From positions 209,669 to 273,668 of the forward strand of contig DF237002.1 of the NCBI GenBank assembly GCA_000708835.1: a DNA stretch of 64,000 nt, given 5' to 3'. The notes below the pieces were generated by a model that saw only the letters and a program-made list of their open reading frames with translations, did not search any database and was not told where the DNA came from. The position numbers and the translations under genes are program-made. Below, in pieces: positions 38,101 to 49,782 of this stretch. This stretch comes from Klebsormidium nitens. Taxonomy: Eukaryota; Plantae; Klebsormidiophyceae. Position 1 is the stretch's first letter. Each line of letters opens with the position of its first letter.

Positions 38101-41100
38101 AAGGACGAAAGTCTACTTTACTGTGCCCACATGAGTGACAAATGCCCATCTGAGACTAGAATTCTGTTACCGGTGTTCTGTATGAGGCGAACGACGACCA
38201 TTCTACCACATATTCTGCTGCCTTGCCGATGAGACTACCAAAGCATTTTGTTTCGAATATTTGCATTTTAAAAAGTAACAACACCGCCTCTTGCCTGCAT
38301 GTCCGGGTGCTCGTTGATAATTGGGTTGCTCGCGAGTGCCTCCTGCTCCGCCTCGTTCGCGCGCGCCTCCGCCTCGCGCGCCGCACGCTCGCGCATCTTC
38401 TTTTCCTCCGCGAGCCGCCGGTTCTCGTCCGCCGTCTCGCGCTTCAGCTGCGCCTTGATAGCAGACTCCTCGGATGCGAACTGCTGCCGAAGCTCGTCCT
38501 GGGAGACGACAAGTAAATACCTCAACACGGGAGCTCGTTCGCAAAGGTATCGTAACATGAAAGTAGACAGAACGGAGCTTTTAGAAAAGCATTCCGCGGA
38601 ATTTTGGACGCAGAATTGCTAAGTGGCTCGTCCAGTTTGATATACGATCAGATGGGTTCAGATTCGACTTCTGTGCCGGCAAAGCCTGAGGCTTGGGGAC
38701 GAAGAACTAATTGCTGGGTAAAATGGTCTAGTCATCGGACGTGAACTGCTGTTCGAGCTTGTCCCGAGAGAAGCACACAACGGATCACGTAAGCTGAACA
38801 GCTCGACAGCCTGAAGCTTGATGTCAGGGGGGGAATGAATAGTAAGCAGACAGCTGGTCGAGTCCCTGGACGTCACGCGAGATGGTCGAGCGAGAAGGGA
38901 GAGGGCTTTACGAGGACAATTCGAAACAGGACAGCTGGATGAAAACATAATAGCATTGGTGGACGCAAAAAGTTGCGAGGGCTTCTTCGGTAATACGCTT
39001 AGCCAACGGGTTCAGGACCTGGCTGATGTAACTGGGAAAGTGAAGACGAGAGCGTCAAAATCTCCTTCCCTCTAACCGAGTCGTGGTCAGGGCTTGATGA
39101 GAAGATGGACCCGTCCACTGAGGCTAATTTTCAGGGAGATGAAGGACATCCCAGAATTAAGACGCTTCTCAGGATGTGGACGCGTCCCAGGAACTCTTCA
39201 CCAGAAACCCTCTTACGGAACCACTACTTAATCTCCGCTTCTATCTCAGTCCGAGCCAATTGCTTTCGGAAGATCAGCTGGACGAGAGCCCACCTGTGCC
39301 AGCATGATCTCTGCCATTTGCTGCTCCTCCGCGAGCGCGCGCTCGCGCGCAGCGCGCTTCTGGGCCTCCTGCCCCGCCGCCCACAGCGCCTGCTGCTCCA
39401 TCTGCAGCTTCTTGCGCCACCCAGCCTGAAGAGGGACAGTGAAGAACAGTTCAAAACGGGAGGCACTCGGGGTTGGGGCTATATCTTCGCAATAACCGTA
39501 AGGTACAAGAGCGCGGGGGGAAAATACCAAAAAAAGCTGGCCTCGCAAAAAGCTGGAAGTCTTCTGTCGGAGTTTCCACGCTTCGTTCCAAACTCACAGC
39601 AGTAAGGAGCATTGCACCAGGACGAAAATCGACGCCGTCCTGCTCTTTGATTTCACCGGCCGTCGTCAATTTCTCAGGACCCTTCATTGAATACGAAACT
39701 TCCATTGTGCAAGTGTCTCGAATCAAGAGCAACGTCGTAAGCTGGCCGTAAGGCATCCTCTCCTGCACCACCCAGTCGAGAGACTCGCAATTCCCTGCGT
39801 ACAGAGAACGAAACAGATTCCGGTTTAATGATGACATCCTATCGACTGGAGATCGTCGCCCTGGGCTTTTGCTCGAACTGGGTTTTACCTGCAGGTCCTC
39901 TCCCGCCAGCTTCTGGATCCCCGACACCGGGTTATTCTCGTCAGTGTCGTCGAGCCGGGCGGGAAGCGACTTTTTCCGCAGCAGGGGGTCGTCCAGGTCG
40001 TAATCGCGGCGCCCACACTTCTCCTGGTTGGACAGACGGAACGACTCCACCTCGCGGTTCACCTCGCGCTTGGCCATCCTGACAAAACGTGAAGGAATTG
40101 TGCGTCAGGACGCTGAAAGACGGCTTGGGTCTTAAGAAGATGTTTCCATGACGCATATAGTTCGTCGTTTCGGGAACTCGTTGACCACAGGCATCAGTGA
40201 GGACGTTACGCTGCGCAGAGCTTCCGCACCAACGAATCCTGACTGCCTGCTTTGCTTGCATCGAGCTTTCAACATTCCAAGTGTGCGGTGTGGCCCCAAT
40301 ATTTATGCTGCCCAAGGATTGAGCTAGACGAAAAAGCTAGTTATAAAAGAGTATCTTGAAAGCGGACAAGTTCGTGATTTGAATTGGCAACTCACAGCCT
40401 GTCCTGTTCCCTGAGCTGCAGCGTCTTGTCGAAGATGTTGGCCACCTCCGCGGCGTTCTGGTTCATCCTTGCTTCTGCCTCCCGCAGCCGCCGCTTCTCG
40501 TCCACTTGGGCGTCCAGCGCGGCCGTGTCCACCTGTATCGCCGAACCGATTTTTCCAACAGTGCGTCGTTTGGAAAATACTCATCCTTATGGAAGTGTCG
40601 ATTCGTTTCTGTTGCTCCATGGAAGTGCTTTTGAAAGCTGTCCTTGAGACGTCAGCCGCGAACGTTTTTTGGCTGACACTTTGCTGTTAAACCTCGAAGC
40701 AACCAGCTGGAGTGGGCTCCTATCGAACTCTTTTCAGAGCTCTCTGTTCTTAATTTGGCATCTGTGGAAAATCAAAATGCGCCCTGGGTGGCGCTTTGTG
40801 TGGGAATCGACGTGCCATACGCATGCTGACATCCTTACAAAAATTGACGGCTGGTTCAACTGTAGAAAGTATTTTTCACGGCTCAATCTGGCCGCTCATT
40901 GAAAGCGTGAGCAAAAGCAGTTTAGACAGCTTTTGCCTTGGTTTCAACCGAGGCAGCATTGTTGCCAGCTTCAATGAAGAGGGGAGATTGAAGATGATGG
41001 GAGATACGCTGCAGAAGCCCCGTAGTAAGCCAGCTTGCCAATGTCGGCCGTCTCTTTAAATGGACTTTGTGGATCTGGTAAGCGTCCTCGACCAGAGTGT

Positions 41101-41357
41101 TGCCCAGAATTGACGCCAAACCTCTCAGCATTTTGAACAGCATACTTGCGCAAACGCTGACCATGCGGCACGGCCGGCGTCGCCAACCAATCCAGATGCA
41201 TGCGACTTTGCAGACTTTCCTGACAGCATTTGTGCGCAATTCGCTAGCAGGGCCTTACCCCCATGATGCGTGCCTTGGTGTCAAAGATGCGGGTCTTTCG
41301 ATCCTCCTCATCGAACCTCCTGGTCCGAGAGAAGCGCTGCGTCCCCAGGTCCGCCAT
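35167..41357 (-). CDS. RIB43A: RIB43A ciliary protofilament-ribbon protein (373 aa); exons 41357-41259, 40532-40396, 40078-39889, 39425-39294, 38498-38295, 37921-37826, 37014-36910, 35685-35609, 35248-35167
   Basis: Nine exons join in phase (1122 nt). Motifs: RIFDTKARIMGVDTAALDAQVDEK, RRDYDLDDP..LPARLDD..SGIQKLAGEDL, RYRKDHYKSMPEDQK and the C-terminal VYTNVPTEAYFAQFNTRSR*. Confidence 0.92.
36204..36503 (-). ncRNA. 7SL: Signal recognition particle RNA (7SL), about 300 nt, nested in RIB43A intron 35686-36909
   Basis: Minus strand reads GGAACG..CGTTC-TGTAA-CCC-GAGT-GGG (Alu domain with UGUNR), GCATGTTGAGGGCTTGCCCACCCCAAGCTGGGAGT, CCC-GGAA-GGG (helix 6 GNRA loop), TGAGGCAGG-CAAC-TGAGCAG (helix 8 SRP54 motif), CTCCTCGCT..CAGTGG. 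It ends at a T4 run, with further T4 runs at about 36171-36182. These segments match plant 7SL from memory. Confidence 0.93.
36530..36570 (-). promoter_or_regulatory. Type-3 Pol III promoter of 7SL (USE-like element plus TATA)
   Basis: GACCCACAAG at 36570-36561 resembles the plant USE RTCCCACATCG. TTTATATA is at 36537-36530. The spacer of about 23 nt is the Pol III-type spacing, and the predicted start lies 27 nt downstream. Confidence 0.8.
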
Positions 41358-42228
41358 ACTGCCACGTCCCTGGTATCGTTGCTTCTCAAATGCTTCCCGC
41401 AATTCTTGTAAAGTTATCAGATAGAGTTAGATGAGCAATGCTGTAAGGCAGAACCTTACCTCCTTTTAAATATTCCTCCAGGGAGATTATACGTTCGGTC
41501 ACGGGCACCTCGATCAAGTAATTTCTCACAGACGGAACACCCTGACCTCAAGATTTTCTGAGATTCTGAGGACCTTTCCTCAGCCTGAGAAACAGCGGAC
41601 GCTTGCGTGGCACCAGCAAGACTCGAAGGACGATAGCGCCTGAGTCTCACCGCTTCCATGCAATATTGCAGTCACGTACGATATATTCTCGAGAAGACAG
41701 ATTCAGTACCCTACATCATCCTGAGCACAAGTTTGCACTGAGCCATGTGGTGCCGTCACCGACAAGTACTGTAGTTCCATGCGCAGTCTAGCTTGTATTT
41801 GTTTTACAGGACAGTCGATGTGCCTCCGACCTGTTACTGCCAGGGTAGAGTATGGTACAGTAGGTAGCACCCAGCGTCTCAGGCATTGGGGGACCTCCAA
41901 AACTCAACCGTTGTACAATCTCGATTTGCTCGCGTGCTGGAAGTTTGCGCGGCTTGACCCGTCCAGATATCGAGAACATTGCGATCGAACGGTTTAGAGA
42001 TGCAGTCAGCGTATTACCAAAACAAGGGTAACCTCCAGAGCTGTGACGGTGCATGTGAGGCACTTTTCGCTTTCCATTGCCAAGGCGCTCTCTTTCTAGC
42101 TGCTGAATTTTCCTGTGGGTTCTGCATTTGAAGAGTCATCCAGCAGCAGGGGGCAGTATCCAGGTCCGCTCTCTTTTCCAAAGTGGAATAAGTCGCCGCA
42201 AAAAAGGTTGCATTTGCCTCTTTCAAGT

Positions 42229-43373
42229 ATGGCGACCACGGCGGTCCTGTCCTCCAGGGCTGGCTGCCTCAGCTTCTCTTCCACCCAGAGCAGCCTCAGA
42301 AGCGCAGATGTAGGCGCGATTTTTACAGCTCCTATCTCATGCAGCCGCTTTGGTCTCTTCAGGACGCAACCGGCCCAGCCAAAACAGCCTAGGAAATCTG
42401 CACACAGACACAAGGGATTCGCTCGGGCGGCTCAAGTGGATATTGAAAAGATTGAGATCAAGAAGGGAGAGGGCAGGGGGTTGGCAAGGGAGGGACCAAT
42501 GGCCGGGGGCCGCTGGTTGAGTTCAACCACGCGGCATGTGCGCATTTACATTGGTTACGTTGATCCCGAGACGCATGAAATGGACCAGCAGCAGTCGGAC
42601 TTGGTTACTATTGACCTGGATCCGGACAACGAGTTCCTCTGGCCAGAGGAGCAGCAGCAGAAAGTGTTTGACTTTTTTGACGAACAGGTGGAGAACTATA
42701 AGGTAAGTGGTTAGGGTTGGAAAGGTCTTTTCTTCCTTCCACCATTCAAGATGCTCGCAAGCACATGCGTACCATTCACTGAGTGCTGCCGTATGGGCAA
42801 GCCTGGGCGCAGCAGCTGCTAGCATTGCATGCCAAGGTCATTGCAAAATGTGCCTCAGATGATGCTAAAGTGGACTTTTAGGTAGTGTCCCGCTTCGTCT
42901 GTGGTAGGTGATAATGGCGCACTTCCCTTCGCACTCAATTCTGATGGAAGAAAGAACTGTAGTGGATGAACGATCGCAGAATTTCAACCTTTAAGCTTTC
43001 ATCACGGTTCTAAATTTTTGCTTGAAAGGAGCAGTGGCTCAGGCATAAGGAGCTGCATGGTGCACGGTCCTAATGCTAGGCATCAGCCCCGCTTTTGCTG
43101 CCACCAAATTCCGGAAAAGATTGATTCACCCCCCTCATCCATCAGGGTCAATTGGTCAGCCTCCCAACAAAACTTTGACACTCTGGAAGCTTGCCCTTGC
43201 AGGGTGCGCCTATGGATGAGTACACTTTGAGGTTGATTGGGTCGGAAATTGAACACTTCATCAGAAAGATGCTGGTGGCTGGGGAAATCAAGTACAATCT
43301 GGAATGCCGGGTTTTGAATTTCAGCATGGGTAAGCCTCGGATTGAAGGAGTTGGTGACGAAGAGAGCCAATGA
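42229..43373 (+). CDS. ndhM: Plastid NAD(P)H dehydrogenase subunit M; exons 42229-42702, 43203-43373
   Basis: Transit peptide, then WLSSTTRHVRIYIGYVD..DLDPDNEFLWPEE..VENYK|GAPMDEYTLRLIGSEIEHFIRKML..IKYNLECRVLNFSMGKPRI. Confidence 0.96.
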
Positions 43374-44721
43374 GGCGACCTCTGTCGTATGGAAATGTTG
43401 CTTCAGGCAAGTACTTCAAAGCTTTGAGGCATTTCACTTAGGTCACCCGTGTTGATATCAGCACTAAGCACCTGTACACACCATATCCATGCAACCCAAC
43501 AATCATAAGGAGTCAAGATAGCATTTGGTACAAGGCAGTTACCCATGGTATGAAAGAGGTTGCAGTTTGCTTCTTTTGAAGTCTTGGTTGTTTCAACTTC
43601 TGCTGCACATAAAGTTGCACATTGAAAGAGTTCTGTTCAAGTGCAAGCCTCAACAGGTCTGTTTGGATACCGCGTACGTTCCCTGCCATTTATGTTCCAA
43701 AGTTCCTCCAAGCTGCGGGCATGTGGTACAGAACCTCGTACGTTTTTGCCGTCCTAGCAGTGCGGAGATGAGCGTGACTGCACTTATCATCATTATATAC
43801 GAACTAAAAGCTTCATTAAGCACCGCATTAATGAAGCTTTTAGCAGGACTTACTTAACGTCTTTTCAATTGAACAGAGGGGCTCAACAAATGATGTATCT
43901 GATATCCCGATTGCCACTAGGTAGCCATTCATGGAATCTGGCGCACACCTGCAAAGTGTGCAAGAGCACAGGCCTAGACTTACACAGCGGTAACTTGGAC
44001 CTGTCACGACTAGTAAACCCTCCACCATCTCGCTGTCTTCCGATCTTGGCCTGCCGTTTACCAAAGTGTCAAGCCATCAGCTTCGGCCAAGGATTCATCT
44101 ACATGGTCATCTAGATGTTTGAATTTGACGTAATATGTTACTTTGGTAGTCGATCATGGGGTCAGAGGTAGTTGGTACAGCGTATTTGACAACAGCCATG
44201 GTAGAAGCGTTGTCGAAGTACTTAGACATGAGATAGCACCAAGGCACAGGGGACTTTCACTCGTATACACGTATGCCATGAGAAGCCTATGGTCTATTGA
44301 CTACGGCGAGTATGAAAAGTGACCATCATGGACCCATGCCGGACAAGGAGCGATCGCACATGCCTGAAACTTTTGTGAAGTTCGATGACCTACAGTAGTA
44401 TAACAAAGGGGTGCACCACTAGCACAAACAGCATATTCGGTCTTATCATTGACAAAAGCACTCCATGCATAGAAACGTTGCAAGTCAGTAAAACAGCCTT
44501 GTATACTGGCTGGTGTGTGTTGGACGCAGATGTGTCTCAAGCCTACCCATAACACGACATAATCACGAAATACCCGGAAGGAAGCCACATGAGTAGGAAG
44601 TCAAGTGCATGCTCGGTTCAGGAGACGTCACACAGTGAGGTGGAGCAACGAACAGGATTCGATGATGGCCCGCTGCCTTCAGAACAGCTCGAGTCAATTC
44701 CCTTCGACACACATGGTCCAT

Positions 44722-47700
44722 TTACTTGCCGCCCGAAGCCGTCGACAGCCTGGACTGGCGCTTCTTGGCCAGACTCTCGCTGCGCCTCTCCCTCTGCTCC
44801 TTGAGCCGCAGTGCCAACAGCTTCTGGTACTCCGCTGCGTCGTTCTTGGACTTGGCGATCCTCTGCTTCTTGAGGGCGATGCGCCGGCGCTTCCTCTGCA
44901 GAGTCAGCGGGGTGACCAGCCTCTGAATCTTGGGGGCCTTGCTCCGCTTCTTCCCTGCAGCGGAAGGGCCAATACTGCTGTGAGTGCTTGGGCTTCTATG
45001 TCAGCACATCTTTGTGCTTTACTGGGAGTCTAGCCGAACTCCCCACCTACTTGTCTGATAACACGGACAGGTATCTGGAGAACAAACCAACCCTGCGCAG
45101 CCTTCCTGGAAAGATTGGTTCGCACGGACACGCATCCAAAGAACGAACACACAAACCCATGAAGAACCTTCGTGCAAGACTAAAGGAAGCAAACCGAGAC
45201 GCAGCAGAAAAGAGATGGTCGGAGATAATAAGTGCTGGACTATACAGATGACCACATGCTTTGGATGCACAGCATCTCATCGACCATTCAACACAGGAGG
45301 TCAATAGGAACGAAACCAAGGCAACGTGCGCTTTGAAGGTCATGCCAAGAACTCATGCAACATTGTTGAGCTGAGGGAGTAAAGGCAGGGACTGCTGAGG
45401 GAGTAAAAGGCAGGGACTGCTGACCTGTCTTCGACTCAAACGTGCGGCGGTAGGTGTTGACGTACTTCCTGACATCATCCTCCTTGGACAGGTTGAACAG
45501 CTTGCGGATCTTGGAGGCCCTCTTGGGTCCGCGCATCCGGGGCTTCTCCGTGTCAGTCAGCCCGGGGAGGTCGTTCTCACCTGATGGTGCGAGCAGCAAC
45601 CAGTCAAAAACCATCAAGTTGTCTTGGGGACTGATTCACAACCTACTGTGTTCACCGCACTAGGGTGCAGGCTTCCCTTGCAGTACCTCTGAAAGAGTTC
45701 AATCTAGGTGATCGCATGAATTGTGGATCTTCCAAAAGAATATCACGACCAGGCCTTTTGCACAGCCTGATCTCGTTAGGCTCGCGCTTCCCCCGAACGC
45801 AGAGTCATTGTCGGCATGCAGCCGGGCCATGCCGAATACTTTGAGAACCTCTCCGCCCTTTGACCCACCACTCCCACATCCCCCCAAAGTAGCTACAGCA
45901 AGGCTTCCCAGCCTACCATGGCCGACGGATATCATGCTGTCCTTTCAAACGCAAAAAGGGAAACGCATAGTGCCTCATTCAGATTCTGCAAATTCTGCCA
46001 TCTGCCTTTAGACCAAGCCTGGCTTCAAAGTTTGCCTACTCTCTCCCTACTGAACTCACCGCAAAAGAGCCCCAGTATGATGCAAGCTGGCAATCAGGCG
46101 GTTTGATCTACCATCAACATTGGTTGCCTTAGCTTAAGCGTACAATCTGAGCTTGCCTTTCTTATCTAAATCGACATCAATGCAAAAAGAAAGACGTCTC
46201 TGCCCCTCACCCTGCTTGACGATGACCAGGTTCAGGACGGACAGGTCCTGGCTGACCACGCAACCACGGACGGACTTTCGGCGCCTCTCCCCATTGCGGC
46301 GTCCATGTCCACGGAAGCAGGGCACGCCTGGACAGGACCAAACATGGCAGCTGAAGTTTTAACAAATAATCACCAGCTTGAGCGTACAACTGCTGCTTCA
46401 TCGGGTAGCCCGCTACCGAGACAAGTCGTTAGGAAGAACCATTGCGGAGCCGTTACGTTCAGCGAGCCCTGAGTTACATTCTCCTCGGCAGCCAAGCAGT
46501 GAGGGTATGACAATCGTCAAATTGACACCATCAAGCCGGGCAGTTGAGAACTGATAGCAAGAAATGACCCGGATAGGACCGGCTTGCTAGCCTGCTCGCG
46601 CAAACCCCCTAGACACACCATCTTCATGGCAACTGCAATGACACCCCCACCTACCATCTGCGGAGCAAATCAATAAAGTACAAAAAGCTCAGCAAACACA
46701 AACAACTGACCTCTGTGCATCAGAATCTGGACGCGTCCAGGCACAAGGACACCCTGCTTCATGGGGAAGCCCTGCTTGTCCTGCCCGCCCTTGATCTTGA
46801 AGATGTACCCCTTGAACTCCTGCAAATCCACAAGCAATTTTCAAATTACTATCAATGACCCGCAAGTTTGGCCACTGCTTTGGCATACACTTTGCTGGCG
46901 CTCTTAACAGAGCTCAGAGGGCACAAAAACAGATACCATTACCAGGCTGCACAATTGTCGACAACTAGGCACAGCTGTGATACGTACATCTCCAAGGCTG
47001 TCACCCGGGACCTCCTGAGCGAGCCTCTTGTCATAGAAGACCCTCCTGCAAACACGATAGCGCCAATAAATAACTGATCGACTCACAAAGAGACCACTGC
47101 TCACAAGTGCGGGAAACAAAAGGCCTCTCGGTCGCTTTGCTTCGACCAATGAACAGCCCGCTGAAGACACTTGCAAACCAAATAAGGCGTCGAAAACTTG
47201 TCTGATTTTTCTGCAGTTTGCTGGGACACTCTCTGTTGACAATTGGCTGGCGTAACATGCTGGGGCCTAAGGATAAGCAATCAGAGCGGTAATGGTGTCA
47301 GTGTACTCACAGCTTCTGGTCGTCATCGATTTCGACCTTCTTCTGGCACCCCGTCGTGGGGTTGGCAATGTTGAGCTGCACACAAGACATACAGGTTACG
47401 ATCTTCCACACATAACGCAGAGACTGAACATGTGAATCGAGGAAAAATCTGCCCTATACGAACAGGTTACCATCTAATGCACCAGCAACTTCAAGCAAAA
47501 CCTGGTCGACACACCCTACAAACTTGCTGTCTTCAGTACTGACTCTGGACAAGCTGAGTCCCCTGACGTCCAGTCCTCGGAAGACCGTGATTCTTATTAC
47601 TTGTCCTCTCGATCAGCAAGGGCTGCAAGATGGCAGATTGCAGCTCTAGTTGTGTATCGTAGCCTTATCTTATCCATCTGTAACGGAGAAAAACTGCTTG

Positions 47701-47891
47701 CCACTGCCTTTCTTTCCCCTAGGCTGCAACGATCGCCCTTTTCAAATTTGTTGAGGTTCAGGCGCCCAAACAAACACCGTGCGGATCTTGTAATGATGCA
47801 CAGAACCTCAGGGAAGCGCAACCACCATCCCGGACACTAGCAGACTCCTCCAGAAGGGGGGCCATTGCGGGGCGCAGCTGCTCACCTTCAT
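44722..47891 (-). CDS. RPS6: 40S ribosomal protein S6 (247 aa); exons 47891-47886, 47375-47311, 47045-46988, 46819-46711, 46327-46211, 45580-45425, 44954-44722
   Basis: MK|[22 protein letters not shown]|[12 protein letters not shown]..|[25 protein letters not shown]..|..[25 protein letters not shown]|[34 protein letters not shown]|..[11 protein letters not shown]; 744 nt in phase. Confidence 0.98.
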
Positions 47892-48589
47892 GGCGCTGCC
47901 TTGATGCCCAACCCAAGAGGAAGAGGAAGGAGGCGCGGCAGGAGCTTTATTCGTTCATCTCCTTGTTCCTAAGACGGAGGTTTTCGATACGTACTGTTAT
48001 CGTACATTGTAACCAGCGCTGATTTGCCCTTGGGTCAGCTTTTGCATCGAACGGCGCCCGAGTACGGCAGTGAGAACAAAGACTTCTGCTGGGGCGGCGG
48101 ATCCGGCGGAACAGTCTGGCTGGCGGAACTCTCGTCAAAGAGAACTCCGACACCAAGTCCTTGTTCGCCGGAACGCAGCCTTCTGCCAATTGGCAGCAGG
48201 TGAGATTGACAGCTGGCAGTGGCAGCTCCTTTTCTGGCAAAGAAGAAGCTCCACCTTGCACTCTTGCAGGATCGAGCTTGATCGCCTTGGCGTCCTGCCA
48301 TTTCGAAGGTAGCCTTTCCCACATTGTGCCTCCAGGATCGCTTGGCAGATCAACACGAACCTTGGCCAGTGCCACTGGTTGATCTTGAAGTTTGGCCAGA
48401 ATAAGCCTTCTGCAAGACAGCGTTGTACGTCGTCACCAGAACCTACAGTTGCCTTGCTAGATCTCCCACCATTCCTGGATTCTCTGCTCCGATGCCAGCT
48501 CGATATGCATTGTAAAAGCTGCGAACTAACATTCGGGGCATCTGGGAGCCCACGGTCCGGTTGAGATCAAGGTGAGCCTTTTCCCGTCA

Positions 48590-49110
48590 TGATTGTGGCC
48601 TCGTGATATCGGACGTTACACTCGTTTGATACATAAGCTGGGCAGCTCACGATCATCCGCTTGTAACTCACTGGTTACTGATGTGATTGACATGTCAAGT
48701 AGTGCTCTCTATCGATTTATAGTCTCAGGGAAGTCTTTAGGGTTGCACATTTCCCCTCAATAGTTCGACCTAAGATGGATAGTATATCCGCACAGGGGCA
48801 GAGGATCTGAAGGAGCTGGCAATCCGGAACTCCTCTTGCTGCGATTCTTATTCCTTCATGAGCACATGTTCTTGATTGGAGGGTGGTTTCCTTATCCAGT
48901 CCCTAAGACAGCTGATGTTCTGCGATCTTTATTGTGGGAGATCTGGCTCGTGCAACCCTAGGGGGCACAGCAGCAGAGTGGCTGCACTCTACAGCAGCTC
49001 TTGTGATCGTCAGTGCCACAAGATCAGATCTATGCTGGTTACTTAGTGCATGTTGACTTCCACAATCAAGGTGGTCTGATCATGCTTCAAACTTGACTGT
49101 TGAGACTAAG
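48590..49110. ncRNA. Candidate structured non-coding RNA of unknown class
   Basis: Nested complementary arms: 48738-48748/48950-48960 (11 bp perfect), 48749-48755/48936-48942, 48758-48763/48929-48934, 48798-48807/48914-48923, 48729-48735/49055-49061, 48651-48663/49067-49081, plus several local hairpins. No long ORF. Confidence 0.35.
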
Positions 49111-49782
49111 AAGACAACAAGTGACAGTGCTGTTGGAAGCTGCCATGCCATGTTCTTCCACATACATGAATTATGCTCCAAACTTCAATTCCGAAGCTCC
49201 AACAACATGGAAGTGATGAATATGTGGGGAAGCTGCCATACCACCTCCTCCCACGCGCAATTGCAGAGCGTATCGCCCTCGCCCCTGGCCAAGTACCTGG
49301 TATACATCACCTTACAAGTTAGAACCATTGTTTCAGGGTTGATTAGTGGACATGAAGTTTCATATTTGTCAGGGTTAGTCAGTGTACATAAGATTTGATC
49401 AGGTGGGACGATTTGAACCAAAAGCCCTTAACCTGCAGGTAATCTGATCAACAGATCAAGTTAGTGAGTCTGTTTCTGGAGGCTGCGGAAGGAGGCGCTT
49501 CCTCCCTAGATGCCAGGCGGCACCCTCGCTGCGCAACCGGTCCGCAGTGTGAACGCCCTCTTTGCGGAGCCCGGTTCCGAGGCCGCACGGCGCAGCAGTG
49601 GCGTGTGTAGCCCCAGTTACCCGACCCGGCATGTCCATCAGATCTGGGGCCGGCGAGACGCGGCCGGCTTGAGCCTCGACCCAGGGTCTTCTCAAAGTAC
49701 TCACAGCAGGCGGCAGAATAGGAGTAAACAGTGCCGGGTGGTGTGCGAAGGGCGTGAGCCGCCAAGATTGCGACAATTTGCA

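Noticed and set aside
48590-49110. Group I intron, canonical H/ACA or C/D snoRNA, or telomerase RNA identity for the structured region
   Set aside because: GACTA/TAGTC are in the wrong order for P7. The ACA boxes lack correctly spaced pockets. No good C/D pair with an rRNA antisense element was found. AACCCTA is buried in a stem and there is no USE/TATA upstream.
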